Shown: in pieces, positions 1 through 11,805 of the stretch
Position numbering within the stretch: the stretch's first letter is position 1
Layout: the number at the start of each line of letters is the position of its first letter
Source of the DNA: Hemiscyllium ocellatum
Taxonomy: Eukaryota
DNA length: 64,000 nucleotides
Direction of reading: 5' to 3'
NCBI RefSeq assembly: GCF_020745735.1
Contig: NC_083410.1
Coordinates: 4,996,117-5,060,116 of the forward strand
Notes under the pieces: generated by a model
Seen by the model: the letters and a program-made list of their open reading frames with translations, nothing else
What the model was told of the DNA's origin: nothing
Databases searched by the model: none
Position numbers and translations under genes: made by a program

Positions 1-23
1 CACTTATTTCCCAATTCCCAAAG

Positions 24-248
24 CTCCATTGTTGCTCCTATCGGGATCTCCAGGCAACCCTAGCCAATGCCAGGAAACAGGATGACAACAGACCAGGAAA
101 CAGTCTTATCCTGCGTACCCAAAGTTTCATTCGCGGCTCTATCCAGCAGAGGGAAGCAGAGTTCAGTGCAGAAAACATTACGCGAGCTCCTGGAATCTTG
201 AGCCCACATTCTGCTGTGTCATTGGGGCTGCTATACAACACCGGAAGG
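24..248 (+). CDS. Candidate internal coding exon (phase 0-0, 75 codons) of an unidentified gene entering from the left
   Basis: Acceptor ttcccaaag|CTC at 22-23 and donor AGG|GTAAAG at 249. Only one frame is open: LHCCSYRDLQATLANARKQDDNRPGNSLILRTQSFIRGSIQQREAEFSAENITRAPGILSPHSAVSLGLLYNTGR. The sequence is non-repetitive and not matched to any family I recognise. Confidence 0.4.
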
Positions 249-796
249 GTAAAGCTGACTAACACAAGAACGGAAAATAGTCTGAGCTGAAGGGTTTACT
301 CAGAGGATCCTGCAGTGCAAGACGCTGTATAAGGGAGGGGGCGGCTCTGGGAGAGGGGTCTACAGGGGAGGGAGAGACACTAGGAGAGGAGTCTACGGGG
401 GAGGGAGAGGCACTGAGAGAGGGGTCTACAGGGGAGGGATTGGCACCGGGAGAGGGGTCTACAGGGGAGGGAGCACCAATATCTAAAATCTACAAGCAAC
501 TGTCAAAGATGGTCTATAATCAAACCAGTTTTTAATTCCATTTATTAATGAATTGCCATTTCACCATCTGGTAGGATTTGAACTCATGTCCCCAGATGAT
601 TAGCCTGGGGTTCTGGTTTCCTGAACCAGTGACAGTGCCATAACATCTTTGCCACTTTGTTTTGACCTCTCTCGTGTAAGATCGTGTTTGATTTTACCTT
701 TTATGCCAAGAGGTGTTTATGGGGATACTTGCAAGTATTTGGAACAGTATCACAAAGTTGGGATGATCTGTTGGGTAAGTTTTTCAGTTAGGTGAA

Positions 797-916
797 AACA
801 ATGACTGCAGATGCTGGAAACCAGATTCGGGATCAGTGGTGATGGAAGAGCACAGCAGTTCAGGCAGCATCCAAGGAGCAGTAAAATCCACGTTTCGGGC
901 AAAAGCCCTTCATCAG
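797..916 (-). mobile_element. Penelope-like pseudo-LTR fragment with degenerate minimal hammerhead motif
   Basis: Minus strand reads CTGATGAAGGGCTTTTGCCCGAAACGTG (889-916), followed by the conserved gatgctgcc...tccagcatctgcag tail also seen on the GIY-YIG element at 49254-49370. Confidence 0.7.
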
Positions 917-1225
917 CAAGTTTTCCGTTATTCAGTTTTGTCTTTCATCTGATAATCGTGTAAATAAATTCAGTTTTGCTTAAAACAATGTGGTTTGACC
1001 AACTGCATCCTTCCTGGAATATCTACTGTACAGCTGCTGAAAACAACTGTCAAAGTTAAGGTCTGGGTTACTTCCATGCAATGTTATGAGGCAGTCTGAC
1101 CTGGTCCATGCCACAATGCTTCTATCCCCTGGATGTGAGATTCTGGTCATAGAGCACAGGTCTCTGCCAATAGATAGTATGTTGGCCTCTCAGCAAGATC
1201 CAACATATGGATGGTCACAATACTG

Positions 1226-1680
1226 AACACAGAACATGGAATAAGACAGGAATAGGCCCTTCGGCCCATCATGTGTGTGCCGATCATGAAACTAATCCCA
1301 TCTGCCTGCACATGGCCAGTATCACTTTATTCCCAACCTGTCCACATATCTATCCAAATCCTCTTCGACCTTGCTATTATATCTGTTTCTACCATCTCCC
1401 CCAGCAGGGAATTCCAGGCACCGACCACCGTGTGTAAAACACCTACCTCCCACATTACCCTTAAACACTTCTCCCTCTCACCCTAAACCTATACTCTTTA
1501 CTATTTGATGTTTCCATCCTGGGAAAAACAATCTGACTATCCACGCCTCCCGGAATTTTATATACTTCTATCAGGTCACCACTCAAGCCTCTGATGCTCC
1601 AGCAAAAACAATCCAAGTTTCTCTAACCCCTCCTTATAGATTAGTACACTCCAATACAGGAAACATCCTGGTAAACCTGA
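1226..1680 (-). mobile_element. CR1-type LINE 3' fragment
   Basis: Shares the 3' end (ggcccttcggccc) and RT C-terminal sequence with the CR1 at 5065-5600. Confidence 0.75.
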
Positions 1681-1735
1681 AAACCAAAGAAATTCAAGGA
1701 CATAATTAGTTGAAGTTTGTGTCACTGGTAGACAT

Positions 1736-2040
1736 GGCAGCATGGTGGGTCAGTGGTTAGCACTGCTGCCTCACAGCACCAGAGACCCGGGTTCGATTCC
1801 CACCTCGGGGCTGACTGTCTGTGTGTAGTTTGCACATACCCCTGTGTCTGTGTGGGTCCCCTTTGGGTGCTCCAGTTCCCTCCTACGATGTACAGGTCAG
1901 GTGAGTTGGCTATGCTAAATTACCCATAAAGTTAGGTGCATTAGTCAGGGGTAAATAGAGGGGCTGGGTGGGTTACTCTTCGGAGAATCAGTGTGGATTT
2001 GTTGGGCCAAATGGCCTGCTTCCACACTGTAGGAATCTAA
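1736..2040 (+). mobile_element. tRNA-derived HE1/V-SINE-like SINE
   Basis: A-box-like gtggttagcac and B-box ggttcgattccc, the conserved ctcccacag/gatgt core, and a CR1-like tail gggccaaatggcctg...cactgtag. Confidence 0.8.
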
Positions 2041-2044
2041 AAAA

Positions 2045-3170
2045 GATAAGGTGTTTGGCATGCTTGCCTTCATTGCTTAGTCCTTTGAGTGTAGGAGTTG
2101 GGACATCATGTTGAGATTGTTCAGAACGTTAAGAAGGCCCTTGCTGTTGTAATGTGTCCTGGTCTTAGGAAGGATATTATTAAGCTGGAAAAGAATCAGA
2201 AACGATATAATAGGATGCTGCCAGGTATGGAAGGTTTTGAATTATAAAGAGAGACTGGTACTTTATTCAGTGGGGTGGAGGAGGTTGCAAGGTATCATGA
2301 GGTTACAGATAGGGTTGATGATAGGTGTCTGTACCACAGGGTGGAGCATATCAAGTCTGAGGGGCATATATTTTTAAGGTGAGATGAGAGAAATTTTAAA
2401 AGGATGTGAGGGGCACATTTTTTACACAGAAAGTCGTACGCATTTGGAACGAACTTTGTCAGGAAGTGGTAGATGTGAGCACAGTTACAACATTTAAAAG
2501 ACACTGAGATAAGATCATGATTAGGAAAGGTTTGGAAGAATATGGATCAGGAGTGGGCAGGTGGAGCTAGGTTGGTTTTGGAATATTGTGGCATGGTCTG
2601 GTTGGACCAAAGGCCCGGTCTGACTCAATGACGTTGGTTAGGCCTATTCTGCAACACTTTGTCCATTTCTGGTCTCCCTGTTACATGAAGGATACTATTA
2701 AGCTGGAGAAGGTTCCAGAAGAGATTTATCAGGATATTGCTTGGACAGGAGGGATTGAGTTCTAAGGAGAGGCTGGGACTTTTTCACCAGAGCGTAGGAG
2801 GTCAAGAGGTGACCGTATAGAGGTGTATAAAATCAGGAGGGGTACAGATAAGGTGAATGGCAGGAGTCTATTCCCTTGGGTGGGGGAACTTCAAGATTAG
2901 GGGCATATTTTGAAGGTGAGAGGAGAAAGTTTTAAAAGAAGACATGAGGGCCAATATTTTACACAGAGAATGGCTCATATGTGCAATGCCTTCTGGAGGA
3001 AGTGGCAGACGCAGGCACAGTTACAATGTTTAATAGACACTTGGATAAGTTCATGAAAAGGTTTGGAGGGATATGGGCCAGAAGTGGGCAGGTGGCAGTA
3101 GTTTAGTTTGGGATTAATGTTTGGCAGGGACTGGTTAGACTGAAAGGTCTGTTTCCATGCTATATGACTC
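2045..3170 (+). mobile_element. Two consecutive degenerate CR1 3' fragments (~2045-2600 and ~2620-3170)
   Basis: Both decay from the CR1 RT C-terminus and 3' UTR (gaggggcatatattttaaggtgag...ggtttggaaggatatg) seen in other copies in the window. Confidence 0.75.
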
Positions 3171-5146
3171 TAAAACTGCAGATGTTGGAAATTGGAAACA
3201 AAACAGAAATTGCTGGAGAAATCCAGCAGGTCTGACAGCATCTGCAGAGAGAAAGTAGAGTTACTGTTCCAGGTCCCAGTGACTCTTCAGGGGTTCTGAA
3301 GAATGGTCAATGGACCTCAAACTGGGGGCTCCAGCTTCCTCCCATAGTCCAAAGACGCGAAGGGTAGGTGGATTGCTCATTCTAAATTGCCATATGTGTC
3401 CAGGTACATGCAGGCTAGGTGGATTTGCGATGGTAAATGTAAGGTTACAGGGGTAGGTTTTCAGTTACCAGTGACATCAAAGGGTATGAGATAGCACTTG
3501 AATTTGGCATGGAGGAAGAGATTATCATGGAGTAGAATGTTGCAGTAGGTTCAAGGGGCTGAATGGCCTATTCCTGTTCCTCTGCCCAGTCCAATCAAAT
3601 GCCAACATCAAGCTGATATGTGGATGGCTAGTCTGCATGCTGTACCAACTAACCAGCAGAACATCGCAGCAGCTCGAGCAGATTTATCCCCATCATGTGT
3701 GAGTGTTCGACAGAGCAATGCGCAGGATGCTTTACCAAGTCACACAGCCCTGTAAGACTTTGCTGATTCCAGACCATCGCTAGATAAACTCAGGTTAGAT
3801 GACAGCTGTCTACACAGTACAGCAATGGAGACTAGAGAACAGGGATGAACAAACAAAAAAAAAATGATGGGAATGCATAAAACCTCTGCAAGCAGACGCT
3901 CAGACCAAAGCACCAGCTGGGACCAGGTAGTGAGTGAGAGTATTTTATTTGTTTCATAAATAATTGAAGAGTTTGATTTTTACAGGCTAAATTGGTTTGA
4001 TTACATTCAACAACTGGTCATTTAAAATTCAGTTCAAGGCACAATAGGTGAGACCGAAAGACAATGAGCAAATCTAGCCACATTGGCTGAGAACACTGAA
4101 AAGGTGCAACTCAGTAATCACAGAGAAAGGGTTGTTCAGTTACAAGTGATCTCCAGTACAGGGTGAACTATCCTCACCCCCTCTCTGTAATTCAATCTCT
4201 TGGCTCTGGTCTCAACAATCTCCAGATGAGACAGCTCTGCAAATAAACTACAAATTCAGACAGGTGCAAACCTTTCAGAGTTGCTTCATGTCCGGTGATC
4301 CAACTTTCTTATTTTGTAGCTTCTCTGATCAGGACTTGTCCTGTTCTACTTTGGAACCAAGCCCCCAGCCCACCTGGCACTCTCATTGACGATTGCACAG
4401 AACACCATGTTCCACCTTTAAAGTGTGGATCACAACACAGCATGGATCTTCTGTTGCTCAGTCGGGAGCTGCCGAAGGTCATTTAGCTGCTGCTCCTGGT
4501 CCACATGAGGAACTTGGATGACCAGCAGAGGTCAGGGCCAGTGACAATCACCAGGCCATCGATGGCAGCAGAGAATAAGCAGGACAGACACCTCCCCTCA
4601 GGCACTGACACATACAGAGGCTATCAAGGAGGACTATCCATCAGACAATGACCTGATATCACTCTCCAGGCTCATCAAGTTCAGCTTATTCAGTGTAACA
4701 GCCAAACTCTGACAGTCTAATCCCTGAACCCCAGCTCACATCCTCTCACAGCGTAGAAGGACAAATGTCAAGATGAAGCTGTGTATTGGAGAAAAATAAA
4801 ACAAAGCTAGTTCCTGTGGAATATCCTGGAACTGGGTTGGAAATGGTCAGGCTGTTCACTCTCTGGTTTTCATAACATTCAATTAGGAATTATTTTATTT
4901 GATCAGAATATAACTGGCCTGATTTTGTTAGACTGCCTCATCTAATTCATTGCTCTCATGAATCCATCCAAAAATAATCCACTGGCCAGTCTGTCACTAA
5001 AGCACTGATCCGATCAACATTAACTGCTTAATTGCGTTCATCGCCAGTCACTGGGGACACCTTTCATAGAACATAGAACATAGAAAGATACAGCGCAGTA
5101 CAGGCCCTTCGGCCCTCGATGTTGCGCCGACCGAATCCTACCTAAC

Positions 5147-8050
5147 CTACACTAGCCCAATAACTTCCAAATGCCTATCCAATGCCCGCTTAAATGACCA
5201 TAAAGAAGGACAGTTCACCACTGCTACTGGCAGGGCATTCCATGAACTCACAACCCACTGTGTAAAGAATCTACCCCTAACATCTGTCCTATACCTACCA
5301 CCCCTTAATTTAAAGCTGTGTCCCCTAGTAACACCTGACTCCATTAGCGGTAAAAGGTTCTCAGTGTCGACCCTATCTAAACCCCTAATCATCTTATACA
5401 CCTCTATCAAATCTCCCCTAAACCTTCTCTTCTCCAATGAGAACAGCCCCAAGTGCCTCAGCCTTTCCTCATAAGATTTTCCTACCATTCCAGGCAACAT
5501 CCTGGTAAACCTCCTCTGCACTCGTTCCAATGCCTCCACATCCTTCCTATAGTATGGCGACCAAAACTGCACACAATACTCCAGATGAGGCCGCACCAGA
5601 GTCTTATACAACTGCAACATGACCTCAGGACTCCAGAACTCAATTCCTCTACCAATAAAGCCCAGTACACCATATGCCTTCCTCACAGCACTATTTACCT
5701 GGGTGGCAACTTTCAGAGATCTGTGTACATGGACACCAAGATCCCTCTGCTCATCCACACTACCAAGTAGCCTACCATTAGCCCAGTAGTCCATCTTCTT
5801 GTTACTCCTACCAAAGTGAATAACTTCACACTTAGCTACATTGAATTCCATTTGCCACATTTCTGCCCAGCTCTGCAACTTATCTATATCCCGCTGTAAC
5901 CTACCACTTCCTTCCTCACTATCCACAACTCCACCGACTTTTGTGTCATCCGCAAACTTGCTTACCCAGCTTTCAAGCCCTTCCTCTAGATCATTTATAA
6001 AGATAACAAAAAGCAATGGTCCCAAAACAGATCCTTGTGGTACACCGCTAGTAACTGCACTCCAAGATGAACATAGTCCATCAACTACTACCCTCTGTCT
6101 CCTTCCAGCCAGCCAATTCCTAATCCAAACCTCTAATGTATCCTCAATGCCATACCTCCGTAGTTTTAGCATTAGCCTACCATGGGGAACCTTATCGAAC
6201 GCCTTACTAAAATCCATATACACAACATCTACTGCTTTACCCTCGTCCACTTCCTTAGTCACCTTCTCAAAGAACTCAATGAGGTTTGTGAGGCACGACC
6301 TGCCCTTCACAAAACCATGCTGGCTATCCTTGATCACGTTATTCCTATCCAGATGTTCATAAATCTTATCCCTTACCATTCTCTCTAAGACTTTGCCCAC
6401 CACTGAAGTCAGACTCACTGGCCTATAGTTACTAGGGCTATCCCTACTCCCTTTCTTGAACAAGGGGACCACATTCGCTATCCTCCAGTCCTCTGGTACT
6501 ATTCCCGTTGACAATGACGACATAAAATTCCAGGCCAATGGCTCTGCTATCTCCTCCCTAGCTTCCCATAGGATCCTAGGGTAAATGCCATCAGGCCCAA
6601 GAGACTTATCTATTTTCATCCTCTCCAATATTCCCAGAACCTCTTCCCTGCATATTTCCAGGCCATCCATTCTAATCATTTGTGACTCCATATTCACATC
6701 AGCAACAGTGTCCTGTTCCTGACTGAATACTGATGAAAAGTATTGATTTAGTGTCTCTCCAATCTCCTCCGCCTCCACACACAACTTCCCACTACTATCC
6801 TTGACTGGACCGATACCTACCCTAGTCATCCTTTTATTCCTGACATACCTATAGAAAGCCTTTGGGTTTTCCCTAATCCTACCAGCTAAAGACTTTTCAT
6901 GTCCCCTTCTCGCTTCTCTTAGCTCTCTCTTTAGATCCTTCCTGGCTACCTTAAAACTCTCTATCGCCCCAACTGAACCTTCAAGCCTCATCTTTACATA
7001 TGCCGCCTTCTTCCCTTTCACAAGGGATTCCAATTCCTTACTAAACCACGGCTGCCTCACAAGACCCTTTACACCATGCCTGACTGGTACATACTTATCG
7101 AGGACACATAGTAGCTGCTCCTTGAACAATCCCCACATCTCATTAGTGTTCTTCTCTTGAAGCCTGTTTTTCCAATCCACACATCCTAAGTCATGCCTCA
7201 CTGCATCATAATTTCCCTGCCCCCAGCTATAGCTCTTGCCCTGCAGTGCACACTTATCCCTCTCCATCACTAAAGTAAAAGTCACCGAGTTGTGGTCACT
7301 GTCCCCGAAGTGCTCACCTACCTCCAAGTCTAACACCTGGCCTGGTTCATTACCTAGAACCAAATCCAGTATAGCCTCACCTCTTGTTGGCCTGTCTACA
7401 TATTGTGTCAGGAAACCCTCCTGCACACATTGGACAAACACTGACCCATCTAATGAACTCGAGCTATAGCTCTCCCAGTCAATATCTGGGAAGTTAAAGT
7501 CCCCCATAACAACCACCCTGCTACCTTCACTCTTTTCCTGAATCATCCTCACAATATTATCCTCTACTTCTCTAGGACTATTAGGAGGCCTGTAGAAAAC
7601 ACCTAACAGGGTGACCTCACCTTTCCTATTTCTAACCTCAGCCCAAACTACCTCAGATGGCAAGTCCTCTTCCATCGTCCATTCCACTGCTGTAATACTA
7701 TCTTTGACAAGTAATGCCACACCTCCCCCTTTTTTACCCCCATGTCTGATCCTACTAAAACATTTAAACCCTGGAACCTGCAACAGCCATTCTTGTCCCT
7801 GTTCTACCCACGTCTCTGTAATGGCCACAACATCGAAGTCCCAGGTACCAACCCACGCTGCAAGTTCACCTACCTTATTTCTTATACTTCTGGCATTGAA
7901 GTATACAGACTTCAATCCACCCTTCTGTTTACAGGCACCCTCCTTCGAGATCGCTGCATTATTCATAACCTCCCTACACTCAAGGTCCTGTACCCTAAAG
8001 CTACAGTCCAGGTTCCCATGCCCCCGCGGAGTTAGTTTAAGCCCTCCCAA
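5147..8050 (-). CDS. CR1 ORF2: APE endonuclease + reverse transcriptase, uninterrupted
   Basis: 967-codon ORF with APE motifs (NARS, ITETW, GDFN, SDH) and RT motifs (NYRPVSL, QHGF, DFSKAFD, PQGSVLGP, FADD). First ATG is at MNNAAISK. Confidence 0.95.
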   Translation of the reverse strand: MGGLKLTPRGHGNLDCSFRVQDLECREVMNNAAISKEGACKQKGGLKSVYFNARSIRNKVGELAAWVGTWDFDVVAITETWVEQGQEWLLQVPGFKCFSRIRHGGKKGGGVALLVKDSITAVEWTMEEDLPSEVVWAEVRNRKGEVTLLGVFYRPPNSPREVEDNIVRMIQEKSEGSRVVVMGDFNFPDIDWESYSSSSLDGSVFVQCVQEGFLTQYVDRPTRGEAILDLVLGNEPGQVLDLEVGEHFGDSDHNSVTFTLVMERDKCALQGKSYSWGQGNYDAVRHDLGCVDWKNRLQEKNTNEMWGLFKEQLLCVLDKYVPVRHGVKGLVRQPWFSKELESLVKGKKAAYVKMRLEGSVGAIESFKVARKDLKRELREARRGHEKSLAGRIRENPKAFYRYVRNKRMTRVGIGPVKDSSGKLCVEAEEIGETLNQYFSSVFSQEQDTVADVNMESQMIRMDGLEICREEVLGILERMKIDKSLGPDGIYPRILWEAREEIAEPLAWNFMSSLSTGIVPEDWRIANVVPLFKKGSRDSPSNYRPVSLTSVVGKVLERMVRDKIYEHLDRNNVIKDSQHGFVKGRSCLTNLIEFFEKVTKEVDEGKAVDVVYMDFSKAFDKVPHGRLMLKLRRYGIEDTLEVWIRNWLAGRRQRVVVDGLCSSWSAVTSGVPQGSVLGPLLFVIFINDLEEGLESWVSKFADDTKVGGVVDSEEGSGRLQRDIDKLQSWAEMWQMEFNVAKCEVIHFGRSNKKMDYWANGRLLGSVDEQRDLGVHVHRSLKVATQVNSAVRKAYGVLGFIGRGIEFWSPEVMLQLYKTLVRPHLEYCVQFWSPYYRKDVEALERVQRRFTRMLPGMVGKSYEERLRHLGLFSLEKRRFRGDLIEVYKMIRGLDRVDTENLLPLMESGVTRGHSFKLRGGRYRTDVRGRFFTQWVVSSWNALPVAVVNCPSLWSFKRALDRHLEVIGLV

Positions 8051-8553
8051 AGAGCACTAGCAAACCTCCCCCCAAGGATACTGGTGCCCCTCAGGTTCAG
8101 GTGTAGACCATCCTTTTTATAGAGGTCCCACCTTCCCCAGAAAGAACCCCAGTTGTCCAGAAACCGGAATCCCTCCCTCCTGCACCATCCCTGTAGCCAC
8201 GCATTTAACTGCTCTCTCTCCCTATTCCTCGACTCTCTATCACGTGGCACGGGTAACAAACCAGAGACTACAACTCTGTTTGTTCTAACTCTGAGCTTCC
8301 AATCTAGCTCCCTGAAAGCCTGTCTGACATCCTCACCCCTCTTCCTACCTATATCGTTGGTGCCAACATGGACCACGATCTGGGGCTGCTCCCCCTCCCC
8401 CTTAAGGACCCGGAAAACACGACCAGCAACATCACGTACCCTTGCACCTGGGAGGCAACATACCAAACATGAGTCACTGTCGCCCCCACAAAACCGTCTG
8501 TCTGTACCCCTCACTATCGAGTCCCCAAGAACTATCGCTCTACCTTTCTCCAC
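8032..8553 (-). CDS. CR1 ORF1 SGNH/GDSL esterase domain (N-terminal part of ORF1 missing)
   Basis: IVLGDSIVRG, LPGA, VHVGTND and DGLHLN are the SGNH blocks known from CR1/L2 ORF1. Overlaps ORF2 by 19 nt. No upstream ATG before the in-frame stop near 8680. Confidence 0.9.
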   Translation of the reverse strand: MEKGRAIVLGDSIVRGTDRRFCGGDSDSCLVCCLPGARVRDVAGRVFRVLKGEGEQPQIVVHVGTNDIGRKRGEDVRQAFRELDWKLRVRTNRVVVSGLLPVPRDRESRNREREQLNAWLQGWCRREGFRFLDNWGSFWGRWDLYKKDGLHLNLRGTSILGGRFASALWEGLN

Positions 8554-9261
8554 TCTTCCCTTCTGAGCAACGGGGCCAGGCTCCGTGCCAGAGGCCTGGT
8601 TACCGTACCCAGGTAACCTAGCAACACAAGCCTCCGGGTCTACCCGGCGTTTTTTTAAAAAAAACTTTTGAAATTTTTAGTTTAAAAAAGTTAAAAAAAA
8701 GTTAAGTACTGGAACTTACAACTTAAATTTTTAGTTTTTAAAACAAGAAAAACTAAGAACTGGAACTCACCCTGGACTTTGAACCGGACAAACAGCCATC
8801 ACGTGATCCTCCGAGAAACTCAGTCTTGATATTTTCTAATTAACTAGTTCAGGGCTCTTACTGCATACTTCAGGAGCAAGTGGAACTTAGACTGAGGATG
8901 GGAACAACATAATTCTATTCTATTCCACTGTTAATCACTGGCCTCTTTCTGTGCATCACACCCTAACACTTCCAATCATTGCTTTTAAGAAAAATGTTCG
9001 ACCCTGGTATTTTACGGAAATCCACAGAATCCCAAATGGAGGTTTCCTACAACAAATTCAGAGGGTGAAAGAATGAAAATAATTGGATTATCTCTCCAAA
9101 TTCCTCCCAGAGAGCCTTGGATATGAGAATCTTGTCCTATGATTGAAGTGTTTACATCAGCTCTATGATTTACACGGAGCTTGAGCTCAAAAGCCAAACC
9201 ACATTGAGATGTCTGTTGGCCCACAGCTAACGTTTAGCAAATACACATGTTCCAAAAACAT

Positions 9262-9935
9262 GGTCGAAAGTGGACTCGCATGTCGATAGAATAGTGAAGA
9301 CGTTTGGTATGCTTTCCTTTATTGGTCAGAGCGTTATGTACAGGAGTTGGTAGGTCATGTTGCGGCTGTACAGGACATTGGTTAGGCCACTGTTGGAATA
9401 CTGCATGCAAATCTGGTCTCCTTCCTATCAGAAAGATGTTGCGAACTGAAAGGGTTCAGAAAAGATTTACAAGGATGTTGTCGGGTTGGAGGATCTGAGC
9501 TACAGGGAGAGGCTGAACAGCCTGAGGCTGTTTTCCCTGGAGCGTCGGAGGCTGAGGGGTGACCTTATGGAGGTTTACAAAATTATGAGGGGCATGGATA
9601 GGATAAATAGGCAAAGTCTTTTCCCTGGAGTCAGGGAGTCTAGAACTAGAGGGCATAGTTTAGGGTAAGAGGTGGAAGATATAAAAGAGACCGAAGGGGC
9701 AACTTTTTCACGGAGAGGATGGTACATGTATGGAATGAGCTGCCAGAGGATGTGGTGGAGGCTGGTACAATTGCAACATTTATGAGGCATTTGGATGGGT
9801 ATATGAATAGGAAGGGTTTGGAGGGATATGGGCCGGGCACTGGCAGATGGGACTAGATTAGGTTGGGATATCTGGTCGGCCTGGATGGGTTGGACTGAAG
9901 GGTCTGTTTTCATGCTGTACATCCCTATGACTCTA
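9262..9935 (+). mobile_element. CR1 3' fragment
   Basis: Frameshifted RT C-terminus (LERVQKRFTRML..., LFSLERRRLRGDL) plus 3' UTR. Confidence 0.85.
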
Positions 9936-10119
9936 TACAGTCAGGAGCAGAAAGGATTAAGGAATCGTTGGGGGATGGGGGTGCAGTGTTTGATGGTGAA
10001 TATCTGCCCTCGAAAAGGCTTATAATGAAGGATGTAAAAAAAATGGAAGACAAGCACAACACCCTGGAGAACAGGAGGTCCTTGCTTTGCTCTGGTAACT
10101 GCACGCAAAGAAATGGTGT

Positions 10120-10353
10120 GGTGGAGCTAGTGTTGGACCAGGGTGGACAAACTCAGAAGTCACATGACACCAGGTTATAGTCCAACATGTTTATTTGAAA
10201 TCACAAGCTTTCGGAGCGCTGCTCCATTGTCAGGTGGGGTAGACCATGCCTGTGTGCTTCCCTCCATTTCACCTACCAAAGGAGCAGCACTCTGAAAGCT
10301 TGTGATTTCACCTAAACCTGTTGGACTATAACCTGGTGTCATGTGACTTCTGA
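10120..10353. mobile_element. Fold-back PLE pseudo-LTR element (second family)
   Basis: Inverted arms 10153-10236 and 10270-10353 (tcagaagtcacatgacaccaggttatagtccaac / gttggactataacctggtgtcatgtgacttctga). Each carries a degenerate CTGA..GGAGC-agc-GCTCC-GAAAGCT hammerhead-like core. Confidence 0.7.
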
Positions 10354-10675
10354 TACTTAACGAAACACGCTCATCTCCATGAGGAAGAAACTTAGAAATT
10401 GGTGTCCATCCTCAAAACTTCAGATAGCATGCTCAATACTTGGTTTGATTACTTGATCTTTACACAGGATCAGGCTGATACTAGTTAGACCCTTACAAAA
10501 GTAAAACGCTGCAGATGCTGAACACCTGAAGTAAACACACTGCTTCAAAACATTAATTCTATTCCAGATCCTACCTGACCTGGTAATAATTCACTGCATT
10601 TTCAGTGCTTATTACATTTGACACCTTTTGGCCTGTTCCCCAAATCTAATTCTGTGGATCCACCTTACCTCGAAA

Positions 10676-11160
10676 ATAGGAGCGCGAGTAGGCCATTCAG
10701 CCCTGCTGTGCCATGCACTATGACCATGGCTGACCATCCAACTCAGCAACCTGTTCCTGCCTTTCCCTCATATCCTTTAATCCCTTTAGGCCCAAGTGCT
10801 ATATCTAACTCCTTCTTGATATCTTCGATGCTTTGTTCTCACCTGCTCCCTGTGGCAGAGAATCCCACAGTCTCCCCACTCTCTGAATGAAGACATTTCT
10901 CCTCACCTCATCCCAACAGGCTTACGTTGTAGCTTCAGTCTGTCTGTGACCCTTGGTTCTGGGCTCCCCAGTCATTGGGGACACCTTTCCTGTATCTAAC
11001 TTGTCTAGCCCTGTTAGGATTCTATAGGTTTCTATGAGATCCACCCCCCTCTCCCAATCTTCCAAACACCAACGAATTTAATCCTATCAATTCAACATCT
11101 CCTCATGTGTCAGCCCTGCCATCCCAGGAATCAATCTTCGCTGCATTCCCTCAACATTCC
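10676..11160 (-). mobile_element. CR1-group LINE 3' fragment (second subfamily)
   Basis: gagtaggccattcagccc...ccatggctga 3' end type, recurring at ~25650-25870, 36700-36920, 42960-43330 and 44895-45185. Confidence 0.65.
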
Positions 11161-11164
11161 CTAC

Positions 11165-11450
11165 AGGATTGGCAATGGCCTACTTGGTATTATTGCTAGA
11201 CTATTAATTCAGAGACTGTAGTAGTGTCCTGAGGACCTGGGTTCAAAATATGGCAGATACTGGAATTTGAATTCAACAACAGTCTCAAAATAACAGTCAA
11301 AGATGACCATGGAAACAAATGCCAATTGTCAGCAGGAAAACACCATCTGGTTCACTAATATACTTTACAGAAGGAAATCTGCCATCCTTACCTGGTCTGG
11401 CCTACATGTGACTCCATACCCACAGGAATGTGGTTGACCCTTAACTGCCC
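11165..11450 (+). mobile_element. Old SINE (SacSINE1/Deu-SINE-like)
   Basis: ggaaatctgccatccttacctggtctggcctacatgtgactccatacccacag...gtggttgacccttaactgccc. Related decayed pieces at ~540-650, 42740-42930 and 46290-46410. The family name is from recall. Confidence 0.5.
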
Positions 11451-11515
11451 AACCAATGATAACCGTTTCCAAGAATGAATAAAATAAAAACTTTCCTCAG
11501 ATAACTTTCCTTAGT

Positions 11516-11805
11516 GGGCGGCACAGTGGTTAGCACTGCTGCCTCACAGCGCCCAAGACCCGGGTTCAATTCCCGACTCAGGCGACTGACTGTGTGGAGT
11601 TTGCACGTTCGCCCCGTGTCTGGGTGCTCCGGTTTCCTCCCACAGTCCAAAGATGTGCGGGTCAGGTGAATTGGCCATGCTAAATTGCCCATATAGTGTT
11701 AGGTAAGGGGTAAATATAGGGGTATGGGTAGGTTGCGCTTCGGCGGGTCGGTGTGGACTTGTTGGGCCGAAGGGCCTGTTTCCACACTGTAAGTAATCTA
11801 AAAAT
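11516..11805 (+). mobile_element. HE1/V-SINE-like SINE (young)
   Basis: Full head-core-tail structure, near identical to the copies at 20870 and 53826. Confidence 0.9.

Larger units (their letters stand above)
5065..8815 (-). mobile_element. Young CR1-clade LINE (HER1-like) with (TTCTATG)n tail
   Basis: (CATAGAA)x3 at 5065-5085 on the plus strand, intact ORF2, esterase-type ORF1. The 5' end is approximate and no TSD is evident. Confidence 0.95.

Noticed and set aside
5453-8566. Plus-strand ORFs of 97-173 aa overlapping the CR1
   Set aside because: Antisense shadows of the intact ORF1 and ORF2.
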